IMG/VR virus record: IMGVR_UViG_3300025083_000016
Coordinates: 9,848 to 73,847 of that record
Source: a virus
Strand: one strand, 5' to 3'
DNA: 64,000 nucleotides
Part shown: piece by piece, positions 31,201 through 41,689 of the stretch
How the letters are laid out: the number at the start of each line of letters is the position of its first letter
Numbering within the stretch: the first letter of the stretch is position 1
Notes under the pieces: model-generated
The model's input: only the letters and a program-made list of their open reading frames with translations
Told to the model about the DNA's origin: nothing
Database searches by the model: none
Made by a program: the position numbers and the translations under genes

Positions 31201-33109
31201 GTTTACAGACACTATGACAGAAAGAAGAAAGATTTCTAGAGAATTTCCGTATATAGAAATAGAAGACTTGTTTGATTCTGTTTTTTATAATGCTAATTCT
31301 GTTTTTTATAAAATAGGAGTTAATATACTTGAACTTTTATATCTAAACGTAAGAGACTTTAATCTTTCTTATTTTGAAGAAGAAAAAGAAATAGACACAT
31401 TTATAGAAAATAATTCTTTTATTTTATCAAAAATAGAATCTTTATTAGAAGTTTATAGTGACTTACACTTAATAAGATTCGCTAGAAAGCAAAGAAACAT
31501 TGCAAAAAAATATTATAATGAGACGTTAAGGAAAGATTTTGATTTCAGTTATAACTCAGTAATAAATAACAGTGGTCTATCTGTAAATGGTAAAATAATA
31601 GATTTTGACAATGAAGAAAGTCTTAATAACGAAGATGAACCTTTTGAAGAAATCAGCCAAGAGCTTGAAGCTTTTCTAATGAATGAAACTGCATATAATG
31701 TAAATGAGATAAGTTTATCTTCAAGATTTTCAAAAAATGATCATAAAGTTTTTAACATATTTAAAAGTTTTATGATGTCTGATGTATATCAAGCTTTCAA
31801 TATTGATATTGTAAATGGCTTTATAAAGTACCAAGATAAACTTCAAATTATGACTCGAAAACAACTATCTTTTAGCAAGACTTTAGATAAGATTAGAAAT
31901 TACTTGGATGATAAATTTGCATTATTTTATTTAGTTGTAGAAAAATATTTTTATAATTACATGTTTATAAACTCTTTGAGTAAAAAACTTTTCAATAATT
32001 TATATGTTAACAACAAGCTAGAAAACTTTATAAAAGACGGATTTGAAAATACTGGATTAGACTTTTACGAAAAAGACGAATTTTTCCAAATTCAACAATC
32101 TTTAACTGAAAATGATATATTATTGACGGAAAGATTTCCAGATGTCGATAATGGTGAAGAAGTTATTATAAAAAACTATATAAATTCTAGCTTCTATACT
32201 TTTGGAATAAAAGATTTTGAAACAGAAAATATACAGTTTAATAATCTTTTTAAATTTACGGTTTATATAGTTGATGTTTTTAATTTAAATCATATCTATC
32301 TTCCAAAATCTTATATTTTTAGTCCACTCTTTACTAAAAAAGGAAACCTGCTAAGTGAAGACTTCTCTAACGTTTTTAATTTTATTGACAAATCTATTGG
32401 GTATTTTAATTTAGACGAAAATATTGAAAAAAGACTTGGTTTAGATAACTACGAAAATTTAATTGATTTAGATGTTCAAGACAATCCTTTTTATGCTGAG
32501 TTAATTAAGAAAAAGTTTAACATTGAAAATGACGAGCTAGTACAATTGATTTTTAATCAAATCATCAGAAGTCACATTATTTCAGAACAAAATGAGATTT
32601 TTATAAAAAACATTCACGGGATTCAACATATAGATGATTCTGAAGTTATTAGAGATAATGATATAATCAAAAGTTTTTATGAAATAGATGATGCAGAATT
32701 CTTTAATATTTTTGATATAGAAAAAAGAGAAGTTTTTGACAATAAAGGCATCTTGTTTTTTCCTGAAATGTTGTCAAGTCAAAAACAGAAAGATACCTTT
32801 ATATTTTATGAATTAGTTAATAAACTCAGCAAAATAGGCGATTATAAAGAAGTATTCTTAAAAGAATATTATGAAACGTTTACAATTTCAGTTAATCCTA
32901 AAGATTATTACTATTATGATATTACTGGCCAAACTAGTGCATTTGAATCAGATTTTACAAATAATTTTGAAAGTTCTATTTGGGAAGATAGTATGATTAG
33001 TTATATAAAGACAAATATAGTTGATTTACCTACTGAGGTTGGTTTGATTAAGAAGTCAACTCTTAATATCGACAACATTAAAGTTATAATAAAACCAGAG
33101 ATAATATAA
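28292..33109 (+). CDS. Large hypothetical Asn/Ile/Lys-rich protein
   Basis: 1605-aa ORF with a Ser/Glu-rich, probably disordered N-terminus. No motif recognised. Confidence 0.55.
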   Translation: MAFTINLNRLTSQKNKLQEILNTNTVTISNNRENLLEKSLENEGSTQKSLAEILSELSSSLKENTSKVKIERSLPVAQNNSATSEIRKENIVDSYSFSDIIKPLESITVNINPQETKTSGFNLTLEDVTRPNALLDLDATSNANESIESTESVVSPVAFSLEETIDEEDADLSDYVRGEYNTVSNSNINFLYSIENNSSINLDRDTLHNVINYRKEANLKESEILSNKFNLYASSEKNKNSIHSVFIDKFEKYKDFLGYLTNGIDEKTEIVKRNSITFNLRKEIYSNKGIYFNNVLNTLNVKNKKKYKASVFKKDNDITSSDLIIKENAFLIDEIIIKNNLFYLSESFDFAFLEPIKTTSNDILIQSFVNLSRSINTISSNCFSNNYKNENKLYINADIEKNKCVLTEREGFDVFQNLGFKNTNLVPEDLYVFASVIKPYQPETGSFGININTVDFFNKQNELNNSLFNVLNLSGNSSPLEVRINSSLKEINKIFKGSIFELDIIDENSKLILDEPILNLDNILNNPSGVARNFPNNFSLSNLENIHRLYLNFVEFQNQNTKARVYYKDKPISLINSNNFNDFDHDANLDINDLLIKLKLDSVVKSSKKSYLENNNVNIDFLNQIITNINLSTKTNKMISYSKDKKHDFSILNENSKLYDLMFTKDGNTHYSHSDVISNHKVNKQKYRGLDEFKRKNLVINNNRNKIVNEVNNFISYYYPDSNFMSTSFLLYYIMSPTVIPNKLSNLVGNKSPLTNKDETCQSLYFNFYKNNQIDSKTKDTVTKRFLKRVLMNCKKHTASSLHNKPLNNYSYKEINPNKYTKSLLSSTQKYLNDILNSSENLATIRDSVYSLKNIKEVSDICNYKAFTNCNIQDNNSIDLISEEEKRKYSISITGNIHYSLFPSHVLVYPFIITSIAKDQLGFYFDKIEKNEIKMIESDDNISEFIVKKEGSLDITSNTNIIFRIVPKSMFTDTMTERRKISREFPYIEIEDLFDSVFYNANSVFYKIGVNILELLYLNVRDFNLSYFEEEKEIDTFIENNSFILSKIESLLEVYSDLHLIRFARKQRNIAKKYYNETLRKDFDFSYNSVINNSGLSVNGKIIDFDNEESLNNEDEPFEEISQELEAFLMNETAYNVNEISLSSRFSKNDHKVFNIFKSFMMSDVYQAFNIDIVNGFIKYQDKLQIMTRKQLSFSKTLDKIRNYLDDKFALFYLVVEKYFYNYMFINSLSKKLFNNLYVNNKLENFIKDGFENTGLDFYEKDEFFQIQQSLTENDILLTERFPDVDNGEEVIIKNYINSSFYTFGIKDFETENIQFNNLFKFTVYIVDVFNLNHIYLPKSYIFSPLFTKKGNLLSEDFSNVFNFIDKSIGYFNLDENIEKRLGLDNYENLIDLDVQDNPFYAELIKKKFNIENDELVQLIFNQIIRSHIISEQNEIFIKNIHGIQHIDDSEVIRDNDIIKSFYEIDDAEFFNIFDIEKREVFDNKGILFFPEMLSSQKQKDTFIFYELVNKLSKIGDYKEVFLKEYYETFTISVNPKDYYYYDITGQTSAFESDFTNNFESSIWEDSMISYIKTNIVDLPTEVGLIKKSTLNIDNIKVIIKPEII

Positions 33110-33110
33110 A

Positions 33111-34718
33111 ATGACAAATTACAGTTTTTCAAATAACATTGACTTTTCTTTTAATGTTAAAAGCAAATTTACTTATAATTTTTATGACAAAAACGAATCA
33201 TTAGTAAATGACAATGAAATTATAAACAAACTTAATAATCCTCTTAGTTTTATTGAACTAGAAATTGATTATTTAACACAATATGACAAAAGAATAGAAA
33301 AATACTCATCTTTTTATGATCTTTCCTTAAAAGATTCAATACAGGTTCTCAATAATAAAAGTCTTAGGAAAAGTAATCTAAGCCTGTTTAACAAGCTTCA
33401 TGAAGAAAACGAAAGCTTTATTTCGACATCAAGTGATATTAAGATTGAAAACATAGAAGACTACAATAAAAAACTCAATATTTCAAGCTCGGGCTTTGAA
33501 AGTGCTATTAGTTTTATCACAGATAACAAAAAAATAGAAATTAATAGAAACATATTAAAAAAGTATAAAGAGACAAACAGAAAAAACATAATTACTTCTA
33601 AGAACATACTAAATTCAATAAACAAGTTTGAAAAGTTATTTAGAAAAAGTCAATATGAAGATTCTTTTTTCAATTCAATAGAAATTGCAGAAAGTTTTAA
33701 TCCATTTAAAATAAGTTCAATGTCAGAATTTATAGCTTCTACAGAAATGTTTTATTTTAAAAATATTGGTATCATGATAGAAAAATACTTTGTTGAAGAA
33801 GATGATATAGAAACTAATTATATAAAAAAAGATACTAAGTTTTTTAATATTGAGGATGAAAACAATAATAATAAAAAGTCGTTTCTTTTAAGAGATGATT
33901 CAGTAAAATATGGAAAAAAATATGTATATGCAGTTTATCCAGTTTATGTTGTTACATTGCCTTACAAAAATGATTACTATTTGACAAGCAGTTATATTTT
34001 ATGCGACTATCCACATGTGACTGAAGAAATTATTTGTAAAGAATTCAAAAGACCTGTAAGTCCTTCAAGGATATCATTTAGATATTTTGAAAAAGAAAGA
34101 TTCTTAGAAATAAATTGGTCAAAACCGCTAGAAGAGCAAGGTGATGTAAAAGGGTATCAAATATTTAAAAGAAATACGTTAGATGAACCTTATACTTTAA
34201 TTAAACAGATAGAATTTTTTGATACTGAAAATGATGAGCTTTACGAGAAAAATAAAAATGTAAGTTTAGAAATTATTGAAAAAGTTAATTTTGACAAGAA
34301 TTATTGTAATGATAAAGATTTTCTCTTAAATAAAATACAGATTTATACGATATGTTCTATTGATGCTAGAGGATATGTGTCAAATTATAGTATGCAATTA
34401 GCAGTATTTTATGATCAGATAAACAAAGAAATCATTATTGATACAGTAAGTATTTCTGGTGCTCCTTTACACATGCCTAATTTACTCATACCAAGAAAAA
34501 CTAAGTTTTTTGAAAATGATGACAAAATTGTAAACAATACACCATACGAAGAAAATGTTACAAAGTTTACTCTTTACTTAACGCCAGAATGCACTTCAGT
34601 TATCTCTGAAGATGGTGCTGACAATAGAGTGCTTTTAAAAGAAAATTATAAGCTTAATGTACTAAACCTGAATACAGCAGAAAGCTATATTAATAACATA
34701 AACATAAAAAATATTTAA
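33111..34718 (+). CDS. Putative structural protein with a fibronectin type III-like domain
   Basis: FN3 pattern P.SPS.I......LEINWSKP.....DVKGYQIFKR...Y.I.SIDARG..S, preceded by D.SVKYGKKYVYAV. Confidence 0.6.
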   Translation: MTNYSFSNNIDFSFNVKSKFTYNFYDKNESLVNDNEIINKLNNPLSFIELEIDYLTQYDKRIEKYSSFYDLSLKDSIQVLNNKSLRKSNLSLFNKLHEENESFISTSSDIKIENIEDYNKKLNISSSGFESAISFITDNKKIEINRNILKKYKETNRKNIITSKNILNSINKFEKLFRKSQYEDSFFNSIEIAESFNPFKISSMSEFIASTEMFYFKNIGIMIEKYFVEEDDIETNYIKKDTKFFNIEDENNNNKKSFLLRDDSVKYGKKYVYAVYPVYVVTLPYKNDYYLTSSYILCDYPHVTEEIICKEFKRPVSPSRISFRYFEKERFLEINWSKPLEEQGDVKGYQIFKRNTLDEPYTLIKQIEFFDTENDELYEKNKNVSLEIIEKVNFDKNYCNDKDFLLNKIQIYTICSIDARGYVSNYSMQLAVFYDQINKEIIIDTVSISGAPLHMPNLLIPRKTKFFENDDKIVNNTPYEENVTKFTLYLTPECTSVISEDGADNRVLLKENYKLNVLNLNTAESYINNINIKNI

Positions 34719-34789
34719 TTCTTATCGTGTTGATATTTACCTTTAAGAACAAAATGTTATATTTAATAAAAAAGTGAGGTATAATTTAG

Positions 34790-35545
34790 ATGGGATTTTT
34801 AAATCACGCAACAAACAATATAATTATCGACGCAGTTTTGACTGAACGTGGTAGAGAGTTATTAGCTAGAAATGATGGTTCTTTTAATATTACAACTTTT
34901 GCATTTGGCGATGACGAAGTTGATTATAGTTTAATTAAAAAGTATAGCAGAACAATCGGAAAAGAAAAAATCATTAAAAATACTCCTATTTTTGAAGCTA
35001 ATCCAAATGAAAATATTGCTATAAAACATCCTTTAATATCTTTTCCAAATCCTCTGTTGAGAATTCAGCAAATGCCTACTTTAGTAAGAGACGACAGTGT
35101 AGAAAATGCAAATGTATCACTTTTTGATACAAGAGAGTCAGAAAACTCAGATACAGGTGTACTAGCTACATTAAAAATTAAAAATAGTTTAAATGCTACA
35201 GATATTACTGCACTTGATCTTAATATTACTGACGGAGCTTTTTATGTTAAGATGCATAGAGATCTTCTAAGAATGAGTAATGGCCAGTTTATCGATACAG
35301 ACTTAAACGGAATCGATACTTATCAAATATCAACTGAAACTTTACGCGCAGGTCTTAGAGAATGGGATAATCAAAAATTTGCTGATATTTCGATTTTTAG
35401 TAATGGTGTTGTTACATCGTCTGCATTTACAAAATATGCAGCAATAGGAAGCAATGCAACAGTAATAAACACATCAGTACAAGTTGTAGGTGCATCTTCT
35501 GGAGCTTCAATAGTTATTCCATTTACAATTACAAAAAGAAACTAA
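34790..35545 (+). CDS. Conserved tail/baseplate structural protein (tail-collar-like N-terminal motif)
   Basis: DAVLTERGRELLA...NITTFAFGDDEVDY...TPIFEA, a motif set I recognise from large myovirus structural proteins. Confidence 0.65.
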   Translation: MGFLNHATNNIIIDAVLTERGRELLARNDGSFNITTFAFGDDEVDYSLIKKYSRTIGKEKIIKNTPIFEANPNENIAIKHPLISFPNPLLRIQQMPTLVRDDSVENANVSLFDTRESENSDTGVLATLKIKNSLNATDITALDLNITDGAFYVKMHRDLLRMSNGQFIDTDLNGIDTYQISTETLRAGLREWDNQKFADISIFSNGVVTSSAFTKYAAIGSNATVINTSVQVVGASSGASIVIPFTITKRN

Positions 35546-35561
35546 GAAAGAATATTAAATT

Positions 35562-37205
35562 ATGACAGATATAGTAGGATCATATATTACAATTGAGCAA
35601 AGTAATTTAAATACTAGCAAATCTTCAGTGCAACAATTAGTAGATGTTGTTCAAGTAGATATTGCTAGTGCTAATTCAGAAAATACAAGAAAGTCTTATG
35701 AAGTCTTTACAAGCGGTTCAGCTGATACAGCTAATATTACAAGTTCGCTTTTTCAAACTGTCTATGACCAAGATTTTACTTTAGGCACAGCAAATCCTTT
35801 GTTTGATATTTCTATTGGCTCTTTACTTGAAGAAGATTCTAGTGGAAATCTTACTGTTAATAGCATAACTTCACCTGCTATTAGTAGAGATGCTGGTGGT
35901 AAAATCACAGGATTTAGTAATACAAGCGCAATGATGAGAGAAAAAATAAGCATTTATAAGCAATTTGCTCAAAATTTACTTGGTGATTCTAATTCTTCTT
36001 TTTTCTTGCCTCACTCAGCAAATAGTGAAGTTGCTCTATTACAAGACGAATCTAATGCTTTAACTAGAGATAAAAAAATTAGAGCTGCTATTTTTATTTG
36101 TTTTAGACGCTTGTTTACTAGAGATAATATTTTTAAAGGTTCTTTTGGATTAAGGCTTGAAAAAAATGCAGCAAAACTTTTTAGTGATATTACAGTATCA
36201 TCTTCTAGCCCTTTTAGAACAGCAGGAACAAAAATTACAAACTTAGATGTTGAGCTTCCTTCTACTGAGACTAGTTTGTTAGTTGTAGATGATAGTCTAT
36301 CAGTAACAAATTTAACAGTAAGTCCCGTATCAGGAGAAGTTTCAACATTATTACAAGGTGATATAAAAGTTGGAAATATTTTTTATGACTTAGGAATAAT
36401 TGTTCTTGATGCTGAACGTGTTTTGGATGTTGACCAGATTGTTAGAGGATTAATAGATTCGACAAGAACTGGTAGCACATCTAATGATACAACTGGACCT
36501 TTTGCTGTATATGGCAGAATTGATACTAATGCTGCAGCTTCAACAAACAACTACTTTTATCCTGTTTATACAGCAACAAGTGCACAACATAGTTCTGTTC
36601 ACACTAATTTTCAAGTTGTTGGTAATGATGATGCTGATGGTGTTTTAAAAGATTTCTATTATAATGCTAATTCTATACAAGGAGGAGATAATTTTGGTTC
36701 TGATAGTTTAACGCAATCAAAACATCCCGCAGATCATCCTTATTGGGCAAATATACCATATCCACTATGGTCTAGTAATAGTAATTTGTTTTATTCTGGA
36801 AATGCTGTAGAAGAAACTAACGGAAAACTTTTATTTAACAATAAAACTTATCCAAATTTATGGGTAAGTGGTACAATAGATGATGTTTTAGATCACATTT
36901 GTACTACTAGATTTGGCAGAAGTAATTTATCAGCAATTACATTTAGAAATGAAACTACTTTAAATTCATCGCTTATTTTCTGTAGAGCAGCTCCTACACA
37001 ATTAAATTATTCAACTAATCCATCATATACTGATGATGATGGAAATATTATTGCTACTAGTTCTAACGGAGAGCCTTTTAGTTTTATTACTACAGTAGGA
37101 CTATATGATAGTGGTGGAAGTTTATTAGCAGTAGCAAAAACTAGTCGCCCAATAGAAAAAAATCCTGAAACTGATCTTTCAATTAGAATTAGACTAGATT
37201 ACTAA
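35562..37205 (+). CDS. Conserved tail/baseplate structural protein (tail-collar-like C-terminal motif)
   Basis: VGNIFYDLGIIVL, NYSTNPSY, and terminal FITTVGLYDSGGSLLAVAKTSRPIEK...IRLDY. Confidence 0.65.
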   Translation: MTDIVGSYITIEQSNLNTSKSSVQQLVDVVQVDIASANSENTRKSYEVFTSGSADTANITSSLFQTVYDQDFTLGTANPLFDISIGSLLEEDSSGNLTVNSITSPAISRDAGGKITGFSNTSAMMREKISIYKQFAQNLLGDSNSSFFLPHSANSEVALLQDESNALTRDKKIRAAIFICFRRLFTRDNIFKGSFGLRLEKNAAKLFSDITVSSSSPFRTAGTKITNLDVELPSTETSLLVVDDSLSVTNLTVSPVSGEVSTLLQGDIKVGNIFYDLGIIVLDAERVLDVDQIVRGLIDSTRTGSTSNDTTGPFAVYGRIDTNAAASTNNYFYPVYTATSAQHSSVHTNFQVVGNDDADGVLKDFYYNANSIQGGDNFGSDSLTQSKHPADHPYWANIPYPLWSSNSNLFYSGNAVEETNGKLLFNNKTYPNLWVSGTIDDVLDHICTTRFGRSNLSAITFRNETTLNSSLIFCRAAPTQLNYSTNPSYTDDDGNIIATSSNGEPFSFITTVGLYDSGGSLLAVAKTSRPIEKNPETDLSIRIRLDY

Positions 37206-37216
37206 GGTAATATTTT

Positions 37217-40147
37217 ATGACTCTTGTTCCATTAAATTATAAAAATTTTGTTAAAAATAAAGTAAAAAACACAATAAATGTAAAATATAAAGAGTCAGAT
37301 CCGACAACGTATGTTTATGATAACTATTTAAACACAAATGCTGTTTTAAATACAGAAGAACATGATAATTTAACAACAGAAGAACTTAGTCTTGCAAACA
37401 ACAATAATAATGCACTGGATAAAATAAGCGACTTTTTTAGCGTTGTAAATAATACTGAAGGCTTTATGGTTACAGAGGCCAAAAATTATTTTGAATTTAA
37501 AGATAGTAAATTTAGCAATGTGAATGTTACAAACAATAATTTAAAGTCATTTAACTTTAGAAATACACATAAAATTGAAAGAATAGAACAAAAGTTTCTT
37601 CCGCAAAATATTGAAATTCAAAAAAAAAATTATGTTAAAAATAGTTTATACAAAGAATATCAAAAAAATTATTCTTTAGACTATTACAATAATTTAGAAT
37701 ATGGTTTTTGTAACTGGAATTCTATAAACTTCTTTTCTCAAAGATATCAGAATAACAAAAATCACTCAAATGCTATAGTTTGGCCTAATCCAAAAACAAA
37801 AAATGTTGGAAGCAACGTTTACAACAAAAATACATATGATTTTATAGAAAATAGCTTTAATTTGTCTCTTTATTTGAATTTGAGAAAAAATTATAATGAT
37901 TCTTCTAATCCAGAATGTATTTTTCATATTCCAGACTTAATATCTATATACAGTATAAGAGCATATAATTCAAATACAGATCATAAAATCGGTATATGTA
38001 TAGGTGAAAACGCAAAGAAAAAACTTGTTAATATTACGAACTACAATTCGAATACTAATAGTTCACAATTATTAGCCAATAACAGCGTCTATGTTTCATC
38101 AGAATTAAATATTCTAAATAACAGGTGGTATAACTTAAGTTTGAATTTTAGTAAAAACGCAAGCAATTCTAGAGGTGTATCACTTTACATTGATGGTGAA
38201 TTAAAATTTGAAGTAGAAATGACTATTACACAAGATGTAAGTTCTCTAGAAAACAGTTATATATCATTAGGAAACAAACCTGATTATAATGTAACTGATT
38301 TTAATTATGAACATTGCTTTTATCAAATGTTTGCAAGAATTTTTGACAAAGATATATCATTAGGAAAGAACAATAGTTGGCAAGCTACAGGTAATGAATT
38401 AATTGATGTATTAGATCCAAGTTATTACGGTAATATCTCTTACAATGGAAATGCTTTAACAAATTCAGAATCGTTTCATGGAGAAATACATGATATTAGA
38501 ATTTATAATGATGTCTTAGAAGAAGAAAAAATTCTTTTTAATTCCAAAAACGTAATTTTTTCTCTAGAAAATGAAATTAGAGAGTACGCGTTACAATTCT
38601 ATGTCCCAGTTCATTATATACCTTCTTATACACACAAAAAAGAATCATTTAATGCTTCAGCTGGAAAAATAAATCTTCGTTATTCTTGTATATATAATCC
38701 TGTTTTTGCAAATACTTGTGGAGGATTAAATGTTTCTGTTGAAAGCTATTTAATTGATCTAGTAAATCATACTAAACCAAATGTAATAATCGGTGGTGAT
38801 GAGACTTTATATGTTTATAACGATAATTTAGTTAATAGTACTTCTCAATTAATAGATAATTCTCTTGATGTATTAGATATAAAAAAAGGTGTTTTAGCTC
38901 AGTCTATATACAATAAAAATCTTAAAGATGGGACACATCAGAATAGATCTATTAATTTAGACAGCAATTTATCATATAGGAATTTATTAATACTGCCAAA
39001 TGATAATGGAATTCAAAATGTAAGATTTGATATCATTAAAGAATTTTTAGAAAACTATAATAAGATAAATTATGATCAAAGTCAAGTTAATAATAACAAA
39101 TTATATAATATTGAAATAGAAAACATATTCAGTAAAGATTATTTAAATAGATCATGGAGATCTTTTGATATTAGTTTAGTAAATAATATCCCTGACTTGA
39201 TTACAAATTCAACAAGTAAAATAATTATAGTTAACGGTGAAGAAGAGACTTTTGAAAATAGAGTATCTGGAAGAGACTTAGATGCTGATATTTTATTTAC
39301 AGTAAGTAATATAATATTTCATGATTCTAGACTAACAAATATTGAAGACGCAAGCACTGAAATTGTTAATAGTGATTCTTTTAATCTATTAAAGAGAAAC
39401 CATACAAATATATTTAATAAAATTATAGAAAAGTATGATATTACAAAAAGTAATCCAGTGCTTAGAGAATATAAACAAGATGTTAATAGTACTGCTATTA
39501 ATAATACTCATTTAAATACTACAGTTTCTTTAGAATACAAAGAAGAAGATATAAATTATCTAAAATTACCAATTCCATATTCAGTATTTAATGTAGATTA
39601 TGATAGTTTATTTACTACTATCTTTGACATTTCTAGTAAATTGTACAATACAAAGATTAAAAAAAATACATTTTTATTAAAAGATACTGCTTTAGAAACT
39701 ACAAATAGTAATATAAACATATCTTTAAAAGATAATTCAAAAGGTGGTTTATACAGAAATAACTGTTTAACTAAAGTAGCAGAATGGAACTACGTAGGAC
39801 ATGTATTTTATAATGATGGTATCGTTTCACTTAATCGTCCTGAATTGTCCTCTTATTTTGGTAAAGATGATTTTGAATGTGAATTTGAATCAGACTTTAT
39901 GTCATATGTTCATGAAATTAATATTCCTGTTAATAAAGGATTATTTGATGTTTCTTCTAATACTTCTTATAATAAAGATTTAAGGCAAGATGAAAGTGCA
40001 TTTAACTCTGAAGAGAGTTTTGTTTATATTACAGATATAAACTTACATGATGAGAATCTAAATATTGTAGCAAGAGCTAGATTAGCTAGACCTGCTCCAA
40101 AAAAGAAATCTGATTCCATCCTCTTCAGACTTAAAATGGACTATTAA
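37217..40147 (+). CDS. Tail/baseplate structural protein with a LamG-like domain; C-terminus paralogous to 35562-37205
   Basis: LamG motifs WYNLSL, LYIDG, FHGEIHDIRIYN. Also VGHVFYNDGIV, SSNTSY, and YITDINLHDENLNIVARARLARPAPK...LKMDY. Confidence 0.65.
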   Translation: MTLVPLNYKNFVKNKVKNTINVKYKESDPTTYVYDNYLNTNAVLNTEEHDNLTTEELSLANNNNNALDKISDFFSVVNNTEGFMVTEAKNYFEFKDSKFSNVNVTNNNLKSFNFRNTHKIERIEQKFLPQNIEIQKKNYVKNSLYKEYQKNYSLDYYNNLEYGFCNWNSINFFSQRYQNNKNHSNAIVWPNPKTKNVGSNVYNKNTYDFIENSFNLSLYLNLRKNYNDSSNPECIFHIPDLISIYSIRAYNSNTDHKIGICIGENAKKKLVNITNYNSNTNSSQLLANNSVYVSSELNILNNRWYNLSLNFSKNASNSRGVSLYIDGELKFEVEMTITQDVSSLENSYISLGNKPDYNVTDFNYEHCFYQMFARIFDKDISLGKNNSWQATGNELIDVLDPSYYGNISYNGNALTNSESFHGEIHDIRIYNDVLEEEKILFNSKNVIFSLENEIREYALQFYVPVHYIPSYTHKKESFNASAGKINLRYSCIYNPVFANTCGGLNVSVESYLIDLVNHTKPNVIIGGDETLYVYNDNLVNSTSQLIDNSLDVLDIKKGVLAQSIYNKNLKDGTHQNRSINLDSNLSYRNLLILPNDNGIQNVRFDIIKEFLENYNKINYDQSQVNNNKLYNIEIENIFSKDYLNRSWRSFDISLVNNIPDLITNSTSKIIIVNGEEETFENRVSGRDLDADILFTVSNIIFHDSRLTNIEDASTEIVNSDSFNLLKRNHTNIFNKIIEKYDITKSNPVLREYKQDVNSTAINNTHLNTTVSLEYKEEDINYLKLPIPYSVFNVDYDSLFTTIFDISSKLYNTKIKKNTFLLKDTALETTNSNINISLKDNSKGGLYRNNCLTKVAEWNYVGHVFYNDGIVSLNRPELSSYFGKDDFECEFESDFMSYVHEINIPVNKGLFDVSSNTSYNKDLRQDESAFNSEESFVYITDINLHDENLNIVARARLARPAPKKKSDSILFRLKMDY

Positions 40148-40728
40148 TGGTAAAACAACAAGAATATAGTGTAGGACTTGACATATCAACTTCAATCATT
40201 GGAATGTCTCTCTTTTTAGATAATAAACTAGTTAAGTTAATGCATGTCGATTTGACAAAGACGAAATGTATGTTTGACAAAGCAAGTAAGTTTGAAGAAG
40301 AGTTTGAGCAAAAGATATTAAATGATGTATCTACAGACAAAAGTCTAGATATCAAACACATCTATATAGAAGATACACTACAAAGCTTTAGTAGAGGACT
40401 CTCTTCAGCAAGAACATTAATGCAATTATCAAGATTCAACGGGATTGTTTCAAATATAGCCTTTAGAATCACGAGGATTAAACCTGTTTTTATAAATGTT
40501 AACACGGCTAGGAAAACATTGGGAATAAAAATAGATAAAAACAGCAGCATAGATAAAAAAGAACAGGTGATGGCTTGGGTTGGTTTAGATTTAGGCGGAT
40601 ATGACTGGCCTACAAAAATTATTTCACGAGGGCCTAATAAAGGTCGTGTAAAATATGAAAAATATTGTTATGATATAGCAGACGCATATGTAATTTGTAA
40701 AGCTGGTATCATAATAAAAAATGAATAA
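40147..40728 (+). CDS. RuvC-like Holliday junction resolvase
   Basis: RNase H-fold catalytic pattern GLDISTSIIG, IYIED, and DIADAYVI. Confidence 0.85.
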   Translation: MVKQQEYSVGLDISTSIIGMSLFLDNKLVKLMHVDLTKTKCMFDKASKFEEEFEQKILNDVSTDKSLDIKHIYIEDTLQSFSRGLSSARTLMQLSRFNGIVSNIAFRITRIKPVFINVNTARKTLGIKIDKNSSIDKKEQVMAWVGLDLGGYDWPTKIISRGPNKGRVKYEKYCYDIADAYVICKAGIIIKNE

Positions 40729-41689
40729 ACTAAATAAAAGATTAGATTTTTTCGATAGTTTTTTAAAAAATTATCATTTATCCAAGGACGGTGTTAATTT
40801 AAACATCTGGTGTCCTTTTTGTAATAACTCTAACAGAAACAAACTTAAGCTAGTCATACATTTAGAAAAATGCTTTTGGCATTGTTGGGTTTGTGATAAA
40901 AAAGGTTCTAATGTATCTTATCTTGTAAATAAAATAAACAGAAGTATAAGAGTTCCTGACGGTTTGTTTTATAAGCGAAACGAGTCAAAAAGCTTTGATT
41001 TGTTTGGTGAAGAAGAAGAAATAGAAGATATAGATCCTGTTTTTTTGCCTGAAAAATTTGAATTCTTTTTAGATAATTTTAGTCCTTCTTCACCTGATGC
41101 TAAAGATATTTTTAAATACGCATTAAAAAGAGGAACAAACAAACATAAACTTTGTATGTTAAGAATGGGATTTTCTACATCTAACGATTTTAGAAGGTTT
41201 TTGATTTTACCTTCTTACGATGAAAAAGGTGAGTTAAACTATTATGTATCTAGAAACATTGATGTAGATACAAGTTGTGGTTATAAATATAAAAATGCTA
41301 CAGTCCCTAAAAAACACATTATCTTTAATGAAATTAATATAGACTGGAATATTCCACTTACAATTGTTGAAGGTCCACTTGACTTATTAAAGACTAATGA
41401 TAATGCAACTTGCTTATTAGGCTCTTCGCTTACTGAAGATATGTTGCTTTTTAAAAAAATAGTTCAAAACAAGACAGATATAAAATTAGCCTTAGACAGT
41501 GATGCATATTCTAAATCTATAAAAATAGCAAAAACACTTTCAGCATATGATGTAAAAGTAGATATTCTAGATACAAGAGGCCCAAGTGATATTGGTGATA
41601 TGTCTAGAGATCATTTTAACAAAATCTATAGTGAATCTAAAAATTATACTGAAGAAGATTCATTATTATCAAAAATAAGAATGTTATAG
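40721..41689 (+). CDS. DNA primase (zinc-binding + TOPRIM)
   Basis: CPFC...HCWVC zinc domain, KYKN, IVEGPLD, LALDSD, and DIGD. Confidence 0.88.
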   Translation: MNKLNKRLDFFDSFLKNYHLSKDGVNLNIWCPFCNNSNRNKLKLVIHLEKCFWHCWVCDKKGSNVSYLVNKINRSIRVPDGLFYKRNESKSFDLFGEEEEIEDIDPVFLPEKFEFFLDNFSPSSPDAKDIFKYALKRGTNKHKLCMLRMGFSTSNDFRRFLILPSYDEKGELNYYVSRNIDVDTSCGYKYKNATVPKKHIIFNEINIDWNIPLTIVEGPLDLLKTNDNATCLLGSSLTEDMLLFKKIVQNKTDIKLALDSDAYSKSIKIAKTLSAYDVKVDILDTRGPSDIGDMSRDHFNKIYSESKNYTEEDSLLSKIRML

